NCBI GenBank assembly: GCA_002633005.1
Contig: NMRA01000141.1
Coordinates: 483,609-547,608, forward strand
Direction of reading: 5' to 3'
DNA: 64,000 nucleotides
Source of the DNA: Phoronis australis
Taxonomy: Eukaryota; Animalia; Phoronida
How positions within the stretch are numbered: position 1 is the first letter of the stretch; every line of letters starts with the position of its first letter. The notes under the pieces were generated by a model, which ran no database searches, had not been told where the DNA came from, and saw only the letters and a list, made by a program, of their open reading frames with translations. Below are positions 25,907 through 39,002 of the stretch, in pieces. The translations under genes and the position numbers were made by a program.

Positions 25907-28900
25907 CTTTCTTTCAATTTCTTGGTGTTGGTATTGCAACTCAATTTTGCCTGCAGTCAATGACGAGATAATGATAACGTGTTGCATTGTGGGTGAATTC
26001 ATTAGAATCTGGGTGATACTATGCTATTTCAGGACGGTGGAAGCGATAGCCGGAATGGGGCTCCGAGCGTGTGGTGTTTGAGACTTTGAGGCGCAGGTGA
26101 CGATCTGAGAGACGGAGTTAAGACCTGGAGTAAGGAGGTGACACCCTCCCGGGGATGGAATGCTTCTCACACGAGAAGTCGAGGTTATTGCGTTATTACC
26201 CGCTGGATACATGGCTACATTCATTCTTTGCACACTGTGTACCAACGAGAGCTAAACATATTTGAATATTTTCACAAATTGTGCTTATAGTAAGTTCTAT
26301 GTACCAACGAGAGCTAAGCATGTTCGAATGTTTTTTTCACAAATTGGGATATTTTTTTTCAAAGATGGCGGCTTGTAGTTAATGTTAAAGTTTTATCTCA
26401 GAAACCCTCTCCCGTTCATGAAGAAACTTAATCAAGACACGGTTTCCACGAATATAGTTTGGTAAACAAATTCGGCCTTGTTACGTACACAGTTTCCAGG
26501 AATTCTCAAAGCGATTTATTTGCAAAGTAAATAAAATATGAAACGTACAAAATTGATGACGACCTATTACCAAGAATCATACGCTGTTATAAAACATTCG
26601 TCTTATCAATACTTATTTCTGGCGAAAAATACCGCACTGTTATGATTAGATGATAGAAAACTGTTATAATGCCGTGCAAATTTCGATTAAATCAGACATC
26701 ATTAATTCGTTTCGTAGAACGAATTAAGTGTTTTTTCGCAACGTCGGAAGAACAGTTCACGTAAGTTGTTTCAAAAGGATAGATGTACTGTATTTTTCGG
26801 TATTAAACATTACTATGTGACTGCCAATTGAAGGTGAGCCTATAGAGTCAATTTATGAATTCTTGGCAATCTTTCGGGAATTTTCATTCGGATCGAATTC
26901 TCCAGCTAAAGTTATCGTGTGGTTCCCAGTCAATTCCTTTTAAGGACAACTCGCTTAGTTTTGGACGACAATTTTGATGTAATAGATCTTAAAAGAATTT
27001 GGACAATTCTTTCTGGAAAAGTATCAACTCGCTCCCGTCTAACTTAGGACTAAAAAATATTCACCAGTATCAGCCCCAGCACGCATTCGCGTTTAGGATC
27101 TCAGCTTTCACAGTCGGACACTTTAGTATCGGAGTTAAGCCTCTCTAGGGAAGTAGACGAGTACTGAAGGGGCATTAAAGAGATGGATGAACGGGCCAAG
27201 ATGGGTTTCCGCAAATGACTGGCAGCCAACCGCGAAAATTTGTTGACATAAAGTCACAAAAACACATTGGATTTTATTGTTTTGCAGGTACGATCAAAGG
27301 TAATGAATTCAAAAATTCTATCCTTTTCAACAATAATCCACTAAAAGGGTTAAAGGCTGCCACGACCAAAGGTGGTGATCAGGCATTGATAATAAACCAA
27401 AACTCCAATTCTATTGTATTTTATGACTGTATTACCTATTTTATATATCATGGTCGAATAGGTAATATTTGATTTGTAATGATAGCCTTGTGGAAGATGA
27501 AGGGCATATTTCTTGCTAATAAAGGATGTGATGAGCTCAGGTCACGTGTCATGACGGAAGTTCAGTGGCATGACCAAAATCAAGAATCTTTCAAACGCCT
27601 GTTAGTGGCTCTAGATATGTCTAAATTTCTGTTTGTGTATTTTGCCTATTGAAAAAAGAAAACTTTTAAAGGCGTTAACTGCGTATGCAAATGTGCCTCA
27701 ATAGATCGGCTGTTGTTGCACTTTGTGTCAGAGGCCTTTGACATAATAACACTTAATAGTAATCCTCAAAAATGCGTTTTCGACCCTAAAAGCGAGTGTC
27801 CCTTTAATGAGATGTCAGAGAGCTTTGTTTCAAAATGGCGAGTGTTACAAGTGTGAGCGAAATATGAAAAATGTTTTCTTAACGGTAAATAAGATATATA
27901 CCATCCCGAAACGTAAACTTAGATGATTAAACAAATAAAACAAATTACAACTTATCTTATGGTACGCCTGACCTGGCCACATTTTACAGAGTTGTTACTG
28001 TTTGGAGAAAATGAAAAGCTTGATAATTTATTGACTTTAGATTCCTAAATACATAATGTTAGCTTATAAAGTACTCGGGTGAATGTACTGCCGAGGTAAA
28101 CTGCATAAACATGACGTCACAACTTTCTGTTTCTCAAGCATCCGACATAGATGCAACTCTTCGCTATTCTTAAACTGTTGAAGGACCTTTCAAAAAAGGA
28201 AAACACAAACTCCAGTTACGTTGAGTACTTATGGTACTTATAGCCTAGTTGAGTTTCATCCAATTAATTTTATCGTAAATTCTGATAATATTTCGTGTAA
28301 TGGTATGGAAGACATAATAGCATAGAACTAGTTGCATGATAATAGGTAGGACACGTAATGTGACGCTATCACGATTTTTCCAATCTACATTTCTCAGGAG
28401 ATTGCACCGTAGGCATGATCGTCTGTATGTCTCAATGAACTTTCTTGACAATAAAGGTATAATAAACCCGCATTCTGTATAAACAACTTCTAATTTAGAC
28501 CACTTACTGTAGTAATTAAACTGGTCTTACTCATATTAGACGGGGATTCGGAGTTAGGAAAATTCTGATAATTGATGACCATGCTCGGTGCATAAAATGA
28601 CCCGCTTGGTCGTTGGACAAGCCAGTCGCCGAGCAACAAGCCACTGTCCGTTCTTCCCGAAAGCCAAATTTTATAGAATTGAATAATTGTTAAGCTTGAC
28701 TTTCCCGCGGCAATGGCATTTCATTTCTCGTCTGCTTTCTAACCGTTTAAGCTTCCATTTAAACGAATGCGGCGAATTTGAGAGATCTTTCAAAGCAGGT
28801 TCAGTTATCATCTTATGTATTTGAAGCTCTAAAATGTTGGCGTTGCCTGCAAGCGACAATCGGCATCAACCAATCTTGACCGCAGAATATATGTGCAGTA

Positions 28901-29013
28901 CTCGAAACGTCTTGAGCAAATACCCTACTTACCTCACAGTCAAATGTCAATACCCAGAAGGAAAACATTGCGCTGTAGAAATCAAAAAAATTAAAACCAA
29001 GGGAAGTACTTAC

Positions 29014-29025
29014 TTTTACGTCCAT
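29014..29025 (-). CDS. IL-17-like gene, first coding exon (MDVK)
   Basis: GCA-ATG-G context, ATG GAC GTA AAA, then GTAAGT (phase 0). Joining to 23058 gives the signal peptide MDVKTLVNLLLFQTLAAMVTQC and a 197-aa precursor. Confidence 0.65.
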
Positions 29026-29294
29026 TGCGCCTTTGGAAAGTCAGAGTGTCATGCACAACCTACCACGGTCGATCTTTGCTTTTGCAGTAAGATCTACTAC
29101 CGCTCACCAGCGTTTTAATATTACTCTTCCCAAACTGTTTTGAGATTCTTCAAGTGCACCGCCGAGAACCAGCAATCAAAGTTGCATGTTTTGGTGGATA
29201 GAGCGAAGAATGTTGGAGACAGTGAATGCCTCTGTTGGTAATTAATCCACTATTCTTACTATGAGTAAACCGTGTAGGTTTGCGTTCTCTCGAA

Positions 29295-29530
29295 GTGAAT
29301 ACTGACACAGTCGGTGACATGCTCCTATATATACGTAATCAACAGGTAGAAGACGGCGGAACTCGTGCATTTTAAGGAAACACCTTATCATGTGTAAAGA
29401 CACGCCCCCTTTGAGCGCTGCTGCGAGTCATTTTTCCTCTTCCAGTCCCATGTGATAGGAGTCATCAAAGGTGGAAATATCTCTTCGTTAAATCTCTTTC
29501 CGATGCAATCTCTCAATGGGAAACCTGAAT
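29295..29530 (-). promoter_or_regulatory. TATA + Inr core promoter of the IL-17-like gene
   Basis: TATATATAGG starting at 29333 and Inr TCAGT (29305-29301) with +1 A at 29303, exactly 30 nt apart. AP-1-like TGACTC at 29425-29430 and 29459-29464; C/EBP-ATF-like GATGCAAT at 29502-29509. Confidence 0.6.
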
Positions 29531-30224
29531 AACTAAGACAGTGCCACTCTGGCATAGTCATGGTCAGTTACAACAACCTGTACAAAGATAGAACGTTTAT
29601 AACCTTGTCAGTTTGTCGTGTGATTCACTGGTGATTCTTTGCAACTACACTAATTCTTAGTAAGTATGAAGTCATTTCTTTTTCGCCATTGTCTTCGTTG
29701 TTTTTGTCCTCGTTCTTCATTTTTTGTATGTTAACAGAGGGCTTGCGTTTTTTGTTGTTCGCCCTATATGAAGAGTTGCTTTCATTACTACAGTAACTAC
29801 TGCTGCTACAGTGGTTGTGTTTTTCGTTACAGTCTTCTTTATGATTAGTGCATAAAGCCATGGACCTTAACTTAAATCTATTTACTTTATGATATACTTC
29901 ATATGGATCACTGACTTGTCGAGTTGGCACAACAGCCAACAAAAATATACGCCACACATTACACGAAAAAGCGAAACTCATTATCAGTACTCTACATGTT
30001 GCATAACATTTGACTTCTCTGATTGTGGTCTAAGCACACGTCGCGTCCACATTTTACAAGGCTATTACGATTTGCACATCGAAATTTTGTCAAGGTTTGG
30101 ATCACACAACGAGGTACCTCAAGTAACTCGTACAAATATAATCAACTTTAAATAAAATAAAAATCTGATTTTATGCTTTTATTATGAGTTGTACTAATAT
30201 AATACAATTACACAAATTTGAATG

Positions 30225-30441
30225 CATGGGCGCCTCCAGGGGGCTCGAAGGAGCCCCCCAATTTCGCGGCGAATTGGGCAAAAAGGTCCGCCTCAGTGAA
30301 ACAAAAAGTCCTAGTAAACGAGACATAAGTCCACGGTTCGTGGGCCTGAACCTAGTGGTCCCGTTTTTTTGTTCTTTTAGTAAAAGTTCGGCATATCGAA
30401 AAATTCAAGCCCCCCTATATTTTAGGCTGGGTGCGCCCATG
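30225..30441. mobile_element. CATGGGCGC MITE with perfect 5-bp TSD
   Basis: GAATG|CATGGGCGC...GCGCCCATG|GAATG. Inverted relative of 21905 and 25648. Confidence 0.85.
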
Positions 30442-30914
30442 GAATGGTTTCATTTGGTATAACAACATGAGAAAATAATTATCGTGACGTAATTAATACA
30501 AAATGAAGAAAACCATGGAAAACAGACAAAACTAATTTTGTCAATTTTATGTTGAAAAACAATCATGGGAGAACGATCAAATTTAGGTTTGGCATCCACG
30601 CAAACCAATTTGTACTTGAGCACAAAATTATAGAAACCTATCTTGAGTTCACACAAAACTACAACGGAAAATGTCAAAAACAATTTCAAGTTCGATTTTG
30701 AGTACAAAATTCGGGATGTCAGCTACCTCCACTTTAGCTCCTTCAGATCGGTGCCGTTTTTCGGACCCCCCCCCNTTGAGTATAAGCATTATTTGACAAA
30801 ACTAGCTCGGCTGAAGTAAACAATATAATTCTACATGCTTCTGATTTCAGTAAATATAGACTTTTATTGAGTTAAATTATTGCTTTGTAGACATTTGACT
30901 TGATATGAAGACTA

Positions 30915-31121
30915 GGGTCCCGTTCCAAGAAACTGACTAAGATTTGCCTAACTTCTTAACTTTAAAACTTCCACATCAGGTAAGATAGTCAAACTTAAGA
31001 CCAAGTCAAGCTTAAGATCTCTTTTTTGAAACGGTGTTGAGAAAAAAATTTGAATTTTATCTTAAAATTGGATGAAATTTAAGATTTATCTTAGCTAAGT
31101 CAGTTTTCTAGGAACGGGCCC
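30915..31121. mobile_element. Harbinger-like MITE
   Basis: TIR GGGTCCCGTTCCAAGAAAACTGACT / AGTCAGTTTTCTAGGAACGGGCCC, with internal CTTAAG motifs. Confidence 0.65.
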
Positions 31122-31530
31122 TTGCGTTACATAATCTTAAGGACATTTGTTCCATTTTCCATATATGTGCTCCATGGCATGCAAAACTATCCAGAAAAAG
31201 ATAAAGTGGGGGTGCTGTCGAACTTTTTTAGAAATAGCCATCACAAGAGCAGTTTTTGGTGAGGGCTCTTTCTAAATTCGGTGTTAGGGACAGATTTCCA
31301 CAAATTTGTCGGATCATCTTTCGTTGCAAAGACAATACAGCGGAACGGTGAAATTTATTTTGTCAATACTCTCATCAAAGCAGTTACGAAAAATGTTAAA
31401 CTGTCGTCATCGAATTTATTGTGAAAATTGCAAAATGTAGGCCTAGTGATGACATGGTGGAATACGATTTAGTTGTCGCTAGATGGTGCTAGGCTGGTTG
31501 GTGTACAGGGTTATGCTTTATTTCCCACCA

Positions 31531-32838
31531 TAAAACACATGAAATAGATGCATAAATTATTAAAACCAAGAAAGCAGAATTAATGATCATAAACAAATAA
31601 TTTTTATTTTCAATTACGAGCCTGTTTTTTCATTTCAACAAAAAATATTTATCAATTGTATTCTTGCAAATCAATGACAAATCAACTGTTAGTCCCGCGG
31701 GTAGTCCCTACCTCAACATCAGGACCTAGGCCATGCTTGATGTTAATATTCTTGATCAACAAATTAAACCAGATGTGATTTGCAAATGATAGCAAAATGC
31801 AATGAGCCACCAGTGTCGAATATATCTTCAATTCGTCAAAAACACGACCAGAGTACCTGGTTCGTGTAGAAAACATTTTTGTCAACAATTTACAAGAAGA
31901 AACGTAACTCTGAATTCAGCATAATACCTAATCCGTAACACGATTGCCGCAATTTGGTCATATTTACTTTTCATGTTACGAACCTAGTTTTCCGAAAAAA
32001 CTTATACGCCTTCGTCAGACAAATCTTTGATGCATTGACTTGTTCTCTATTGTATTTTTTACGTTTCTGTGGTTAATTATCGAAACATTTTTAAGATTTA
32101 AAAAGACCAGTCATCTAATTCAAGCAATATCAAGTTCCACTTTGTTTAAGAGGCACAGAACAGTTCTCACTGGGTTTTGAACAGCAAAACACACGTCACT
32201 TGATTTGTCACCTTTCTTCACTGTCGAAAACAGGATGAAAAGAATGACACGTTTTCAGTTATTTCACATAAAAAGCCCCACAGATGAGCACAAAAACTTT
32301 ATCCACTCTTGTATTTTTGACTCTTTCACTCCCAATGAAAACCAAGCTAGACTAAGAAAAGCACGGGCAAAAATGCAAAATCGGCACTTTTCACCCCCAA
32401 AACACCACTTCCCTGCCGATGCACGACTAAAGCCAACATTAGATACAGAAAGCAAATTTCCGAAAATGTAGTCCAAAAGTACTGCCAACCTACTATTTTT
32501 TGGCAATTCTGGCTTGTTTGAGGGCTACCTGAAATCTCAATCAATTTCTCAGTCGCTACCCAGCAAAGCACAATTGCAACCGGGGCCGCCATCTTGAAGA
32601 AGGGTGCAGCTACAGCCGAGAAAGTGACCTTTTTGTATTCTCAGCATGTTCACAAATACAAACAAATCCCATTCATTGAGCCTACATGCAATGCCTACCC
32701 ACAAAATGCCCCCAAACTTGGCCTACCCCAAAATTTTAATATTTTGGCAGTGCAAATTGGCCGCGGCCGCAGCCTAACTGTTCAGTGCCACCTTATCGCA
32801 GTGATCGCCTCGCTTTGGATTTTAATGTCCGCCGCGTT
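31531..32838 (+). repeat. ~1.3 kb interspersed repeat, copy 1
   Basis: Colinear high-similarity match to 46750-48042 along its whole length. No coding potential evident. Confidence 0.9.
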
Positions 32839-34246
32839 AATTACCGTACTCGTCCGGGTTACCGCCGATGCTCGGCTTACCGCCCACACCCACTTTTTAT
32901 GATCGAGACCTCCTTAAAAGTGTGTGTGCTTTTGTGAACGTTCGTCTCGTAAAACTAAGATTCCAAAACGTGCGCAACTCGCTTACCTTTCAATAACAAT
33001 CGATCAGTTTTAGCGGAACCGGGAACTTGCCTTACTATGGCGGTAAAATATCCGTATTCTCATGCTCTTTACTGAAGGAGATACAATTGTTTCCTTTGGC
33101 TCACGCGCGGAACTCATGTCAGCATGTACTGATTACTGAGGCAGCAATTGTCGAATCTATTTCATTGCCGTGGAAGAACCAACAAAGTGGTACTTGACAA
33201 GAATTTCAAGTCCGTGGCTTACCTTTCTGGATTCCCCGTGACAGTACACGACACATCATCACCCTGTGCAATAAAATTAAAAAAAAAAAAAAAAAAAACA
33301 CGAGCACACCCGGCTGGTACATGGCTAACGATTTTGGAAACTCCATCGACATTATTTTGGACGGATTGTTTTGAATACAAGCAAATACTGGCCATTGTTC
33401 CGTGTTTTCGTTATGTTTTTAATGACTCACTCTTGACATCAAAATGGAAGCGCCCAACCAAAAGCAACAGAGCAAGAAATCAAATCATAATCAAGCCCAA
33501 GTCGAACAATCTATCCATATCTATTTATTTTCTTATCATTCAGCCTTTTTAAATTAAAATTCCAAAATTTAATGCGCCAACGCCACGAATATTCGTCAAG
33601 TTTGATATATGTAACTCCCCTTTTGTTGCAACAACTAACTACACACGGTTTCTAGAACGTTCTAATGTTTCAATATACGTTTAGCAACTATAAGAGACGA
33701 AACGTGAAGTAATTACAGAAATTCACAAGCAGTAATAGAATGGCTGCAGGACGGGATTGAACTGGAACCCTCTGGTACAACACTTCGGGATGGCAGGTGG
33801 CACCAGTGGATTATTAATTAAATGCGTTTGCCTGCAGTGACTTACTTGAATGAATCTATGTAATGTTTCTGATGCTAAAACGTTTAGTGCCGATCATCAC
33901 GAATTGTTGTGTTGCCTCTCCCTACTCCCTTCTCCCCTCCGGAGAGGGTTCCGCACGAGACAAATCTCCCTCCATCTTATCTACATGTACGCCCCTCAGG
34001 ATGCCCTGACTGTTGCATACTTCTGTATGCATTATACATTGCTCCTTGCTAGTTCAAATTAAGGCTTGGTTTTGGCCTTTATATTTGCCGTCAATCTTAA
34101 TGAACTTGTACGTAACAAAATAGACATTGTGTACTGTTCGTCTTCTTCAATGTCTAGAGCATTATGACATATAGATGGCGCTTGCTATTCGCATTTGCCG
34201 CCATGTTCCTTTTGTCTCTAAAAATTAGCGGTAAGATTCCCAGTAT

Positions 34247-34547
34247 CAGTGGCGGATTTAGGGGGGGGGGGGCAAGGGGGGCATGCCCCCCCCCTAAAAT
34301 TCTACCAGATACCATTTGGGAGTTCGGGTGTGCACAAACAGGGGCTTGTCGGGGGTTGAATGAACAATGCATAGGCCCTGAGCAACTGAACTGAACGAAA
34401 CCCGTTTATCGTTTTTTTTTTAGCCAACAGGTCCGCACCATTTGAGGCCTCTGCGTCCCCACATTTTAGGCTGGGCCCGCGCATCTGCCGAAATTCTCGT
34501 TATTCCCGTGCCCTGCCCCCCAACTCAAAATCCTGGATCCGCCCCTG
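34247..34547. mobile_element. CAGTGGCGGAT MITE inserted in the 5' LTR
   Basis: TIR CAGTGGCGGAT/ATCCGCCCCTG. Absent from the 3' LTR; inverted sister copy at 58036-58331. Confidence 0.88.
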
Positions 34548-34721
34548 TTTATTGTAGCCTTAGCACATCTGTAGCATTGTTAACATATTATAATAACTCG
34601 TCACTTATCAGCGACCTAGTATTTACCCCCTGTCTCTGTTCTTTCAGGTTACGATCATTCATCAATAGGCCTAAACAGTAAAGAAATACTTGCGAGTTAT
34701 TTTCTATGATCGTGACCGCTA

Positions 34722-34893
34722 ATCCTCTTAAACCAGTGACTCCAAACGATGACCGTCAATTCTCAAGCCTCGACGACCACTTGGAGCAAGCCGCGCCACC
34801 GCCTCCCATCCTCTTAAACCAGTGACTCCAAACGATGACCGTCAATTCTCAAGCCTCGACGACCACTTGGAGCAAGCCGCGCCACCGCCTCCC
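34722..34893 (+). repeat. Perfect 86-bp tandem duplication inside the Gypsy element
   Basis: 34722-34807 is repeated at 34808-34893. Confidence 0.9.
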
Positions 34894-34959
34894 TGGAAGA
34901 CTTACCTTCTGTCACCTGAGACAAAGTCCGCGTTACCACAGCCAGCGACCCAGACTTGT

Positions 34960-36235
34960 CACGTCTAGTAGCCATGGCGTCTTGCCCGAGTTATACCCCA
35001 ACTGGCCTGAGGGGCTGCGCGAGTACCACCCATTCCGGTACCATCTCTACTCCTTCAATGGCGTCCTCATGTACATGGACAGAGTGGTAATCCCACGGCC
35101 ACTACAAAATTTTGGCCTGGTATCACGAGCGCCATCACCCACACACGGGCCCGCTGTGAACACTGCAACCGCATCTCCCCGTCCCAACCTAGCGCACCAC
35201 CCGCTCCACGATTCGACCCGACCTACCCGTTTCAAAGCATCTGTGCGATTCGACCCGACCTACCCGTTTCAATGCGTCTGTGCGGACTATCATCCATCAC
35301 AAGGGAATAAACTACCTGGTCATTTTGGACCGATACTCCAGTTGGCCCATTGTGGAACGCGCTGCCGATGGAGCAGATGGCCTCATCTCCTGCCTTCGGC
35401 CAGGTTTTTGCCACCTACGGTATTGCACAGGAGCTCTCATCCGACGGCGGCCCGGAATTAACCGCTTTCGCCACCCGTCAGTTCCTTCAACAGTGGGGCG
35501 TACATCATCGTCTCTCCTCTGTGGCGAATCCACACAGCAACTGCCGAGATAGGTGTCAAAACTGTGCGACGCCTCATCTCGGACAGCACGGGACCTAATG
35601 GCACCCTGGACGCCAATGCCTTCCAACGCGCGATCCTCCAATGTCGCAACGCACCAGACCCAACGACCAGGCTCTCGCCACCTCAGTGCTGCCTAACCAG
35701 AGACTTCATACCTGTACGACCTGGCCGGTACCTTCCCCAACCTACATGGCACTCTACCCTGGCGACTAGAGAGGACGCCCTTCGCAACCGCCATATGCTC
35801 GACGCGGAACGCTGGTCGGAACACACCCGACGTCGTCGTCCTCCACTCAGAGTGGGTGACATCGTACGCCTCCAGAGCCAGGTTGGCAACCATCCGACCA
35901 AATGGGACAAGACCGGCACCGTCATTGAAGTCCGTCAGTTCCACCAATACCTTGTCCGCGTTGACGGCTCTGGTCGTGTCACCCTACGGAACAGGAAATT
36001 CGTGCGACAGTTCGTCCCGGTTCACCCCCCCCCACCACGCCGTCGCACCTTGCTCGAGGACGTGGCTTGCGCCCCATCGCCGCCGGCCGTCAAGCGCCAA
36101 CCTGTTCCAGGACCGACGCCTTCGTCACCCCCTCTCGTTGCCGACAGGGCACGACGTTTGGATACCCCTGCGACGTCGTCACCGCCGACGCGCGCCGGAT
36201 CCTCCACCCCAACGTTTCTCCGCCGGCACCACTGA
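34960..36235 (+). pseudogene. Frameshifted Gypsy integrase remnant
   Basis: DDE core motifs are spread over three frames (ORFs 35280, 35350, 35564), followed by a Pro-rich tail. Confidence 0.85.
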
Positions 36236-39002
36236 TCGACTCCGCCGGCTCCGACGGACTCCACGCCGCCGCCACAACGTTCCCTACGCGAGAAGAGGCG
36301 ACCTGCGTGGCTTGGAGATTTCTTGCCATAGCCTCCTGCCCGTCGTTTCAGTATATCAGTCCTACCGTAGGTCTCTGTTGTTCCCGACTCCGGTTAGGAC
36401 TTGTGGAGATAGAGAATTATGACATATAGATGGCTCTTGCTATTCGCCCTAGCCGCCATGTTCAATTAGCGGTAAGATTCTCTCATTTATTGTAGCCTTA
36501 GCACATCGTTAGCATTGTTAACCTATTATAATCACGCGTCACTCATCAGCGACCTAGTATTTACCCCCTGTCTCTGTTCTTTCAGGTTACGATCATTCGT
36601 AGTTTGCTGTCATCAATAAACAGTAAAGAAATACTTGCGAGTTATTTTCTACTGTCTTAATCAAATTTTCTAAACTTAGAATAAGTAATGCTTGTGTAAA
36701 AATCTTGCACCTCCATTTTGGTTGATATGAATTCTGATGAGACTGGTGATCGTTCACATATATCAGTCTGATCATCGTTTACAGCATTATTCTTAGGATC
36801 ATTTTTGGTCAGTGACGAGAATTCGTATAAATTACTAGAGCTGATGAAAAAACTTGGATCTTATATTACACCATACGTTAACATTAATTCTTATCAACAT
36901 CTTATAACATGTCATACCATTCTTAGAAATAGTCAAAATTAATCTATTTTATCAACCATAATTGATTGTGTAGGCCTACACCTGTCGTGCACGCGCAGAT
37001 ATAGTGCCTGTGTGTACTCGTGCACGCGCAGATAAGTATAGTGCCTGTGTACACTTGTCCTGGATATACATGTATAAAGAGGGACAAATGGACATTTACC
37101 CCGAACTGCTGCACCGAAAGAGGGCACCGTATGAAATGGGATACCTTAAGGTGAAAGGCTAAACATCATTAAGCTTGGAAAAAAGTGACAGTTCATTCCA
37201 CCGTCGTGTGGTCCCAAAACGATGCAGGGAGTGATCTCCTTCAACATGAAAGCACGATTTCACAAAAATAGGAAAATAGAGGTAATCGATTCCAACATTG
37301 GGCTCTTTCTTCGTGAGCGGCCCCGTAAGAATTTGTCATTAAAAACACAAAAAGGTGGCCACTTGAATGTCATCAGTGGCCTCCTTCAAGGGCGGGGCTC
37401 CTAAATGTGAAAATATCTATATTTTCAAATATCAGGAAATGCGCAGCAATTGATGTTATCTGTTTCTCAAGTGATATACAGTTTCGAGAAAAAAATAAAG
37501 CGAAAGTTATCTCCGTTATCCATTGCCTCTGGAAAAATATAGTTTTGCATTCGCAAACATCCACTAAATTAGTACGCTCTGCAAAATCTTCGCTTTACAA
37601 ATTTTCTCGATATTTCGAAATATATAAATGTGCGTTTAGACGACCTGTGCTGCAAAAGCGAAGACCCTAACGACAGTGAGGACAGGGTCCTCAAAAGGTA
37701 AACCATGCACTGATGCTGATTTGTTAAATGTCCTCTTGAATTTTCTCTTTTATCCGTTTTTCGCAGTCTTTCTTTTCTCGACTGGCCCCAGCACCACGCC
37801 TATGTCGGTTGCCACGGTTTAACCCAGACGCCTGAAAATTTTTGGGGGGCCGTGCCCCCCCCCGCTTCCTACGGCCCTGCTACCGTAGGCCTACGTGGCA
37901 AACCATAGAAGACTAATCCAGACCAAGCGAGTGGTCCTAATCCTCAATATGTTGGATTTGGTGAATATTTATCTGCGCAATTTTGCAAAGTGTGTGACGA
38001 TACATTGAGAATCACCGCCACAGCCAGTACTTTGTATTTTGGATTGCTGTACATACGGCGGCTTGAACCTTTTCCTTAAAGAACCCTGGGACAACTGCAC
38101 ACTCCAGTAACTGTGTAATGACACAGTTGGACAGCTTCTTAGCATGAAACACTATAGGGTCACGTCCACATATGACGCAGTATAGATGTGATCACTGGGT
38201 TATGTCGTCCGTTCAGGTACGTTCACATTTTTCTCGCGTTGTGTATTGCAATTTTGCTCATTAAGAAATGGTGACATTAGCAAAAATAAAATGCGCAAAA
38301 TTAAATAGAATTATTACACGCCACCTCAGTGTGTAGGCCTAACAGTGTCGCGTTAAATTCTTGACTAAAATGGATAAAAACGTTATTTTATTGCTATAAA
38401 AGTTAGACGAAACTGCCGAATAATACTGGCTGGAGAAGTTCGTCCAAGTTTGCGAGATGGTGACAGAGTTGTGTGGTAATTTTGAAAATTTTGTTTTTCA
38501 TTCAGTTTCTCAGCCAAAGTATCTAGGTGTCCCAGTGAGGTACGACATAGAGTGCTTTCATAGCTGGAAATTGTACTACACTCCTTTCGTAAACTATAGG
38601 AGAGGTCGACATTTACTAACAAACAGAAGCAGGTCGCGCTGGTGTAGCTCATACACTTTTGTTATTCCCGCAGATGTTATAAGTATATTTGCAGTAACAG
38701 TTTAGATTTCCACCTGTTGAGTACATCAATCAAATGCCACGTCTTCCTCTTGTCAATTTTTGTCATATGAATATATTTTGTAATTGTGTATTATAAGTAA
38801 CGTACTCAACACTTCTTATTTTAGACGAGCTATAGGCCTACCTCAATCGTCCACATTTGAATATGTACTCGTATGAATAAGCATTCTCCCTCTCTCTAAT
38901 TTTGATGCAACTGAAGTTACAGGCAATGCGGGCAATTTGAATTGACAAATTCATGGTTGCCGGACCAAGTCCAGTTTACTTGAACTGTCATAGGAGCCCT
39001 CT

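Larger units (their letters stand above)
34155..36651 (+). mobile_element. Internally deleted Gypsy-type LTR retrotransposon
   Basis: Direct LTRs at 34155-34706 (interrupted by a MITE) and 36410-36651; flanks ATGTC/CTGTC. The interior keeps only frameshifted integrase (YLVILDRYSSWP, ELSSDGGPE, WGVHHRLSSVANPHSN, KWDKTGTVIEV..FHQYLVRVDGSGRVTLRNRKF). Confidence 0.92.

Noticed and set aside
27470-27545. CNDSLVEDEGH-like motif as a zinc-finger gene
   Set aside because: Short and frameshifted; more likely the Cys-rich C-terminal relic of a LINE, and too weak to annotate.
34164-34394. ORF with a signal-peptide-like start (MTYRWRLLFAFAAMFLL)
   Set aside because: It is LTR sequence running into an inserted MITE.
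35683-36429. Several overlapping ORFs on both strands
   Set aside because: By-products of the GC-rich Gypsy integrase tail.
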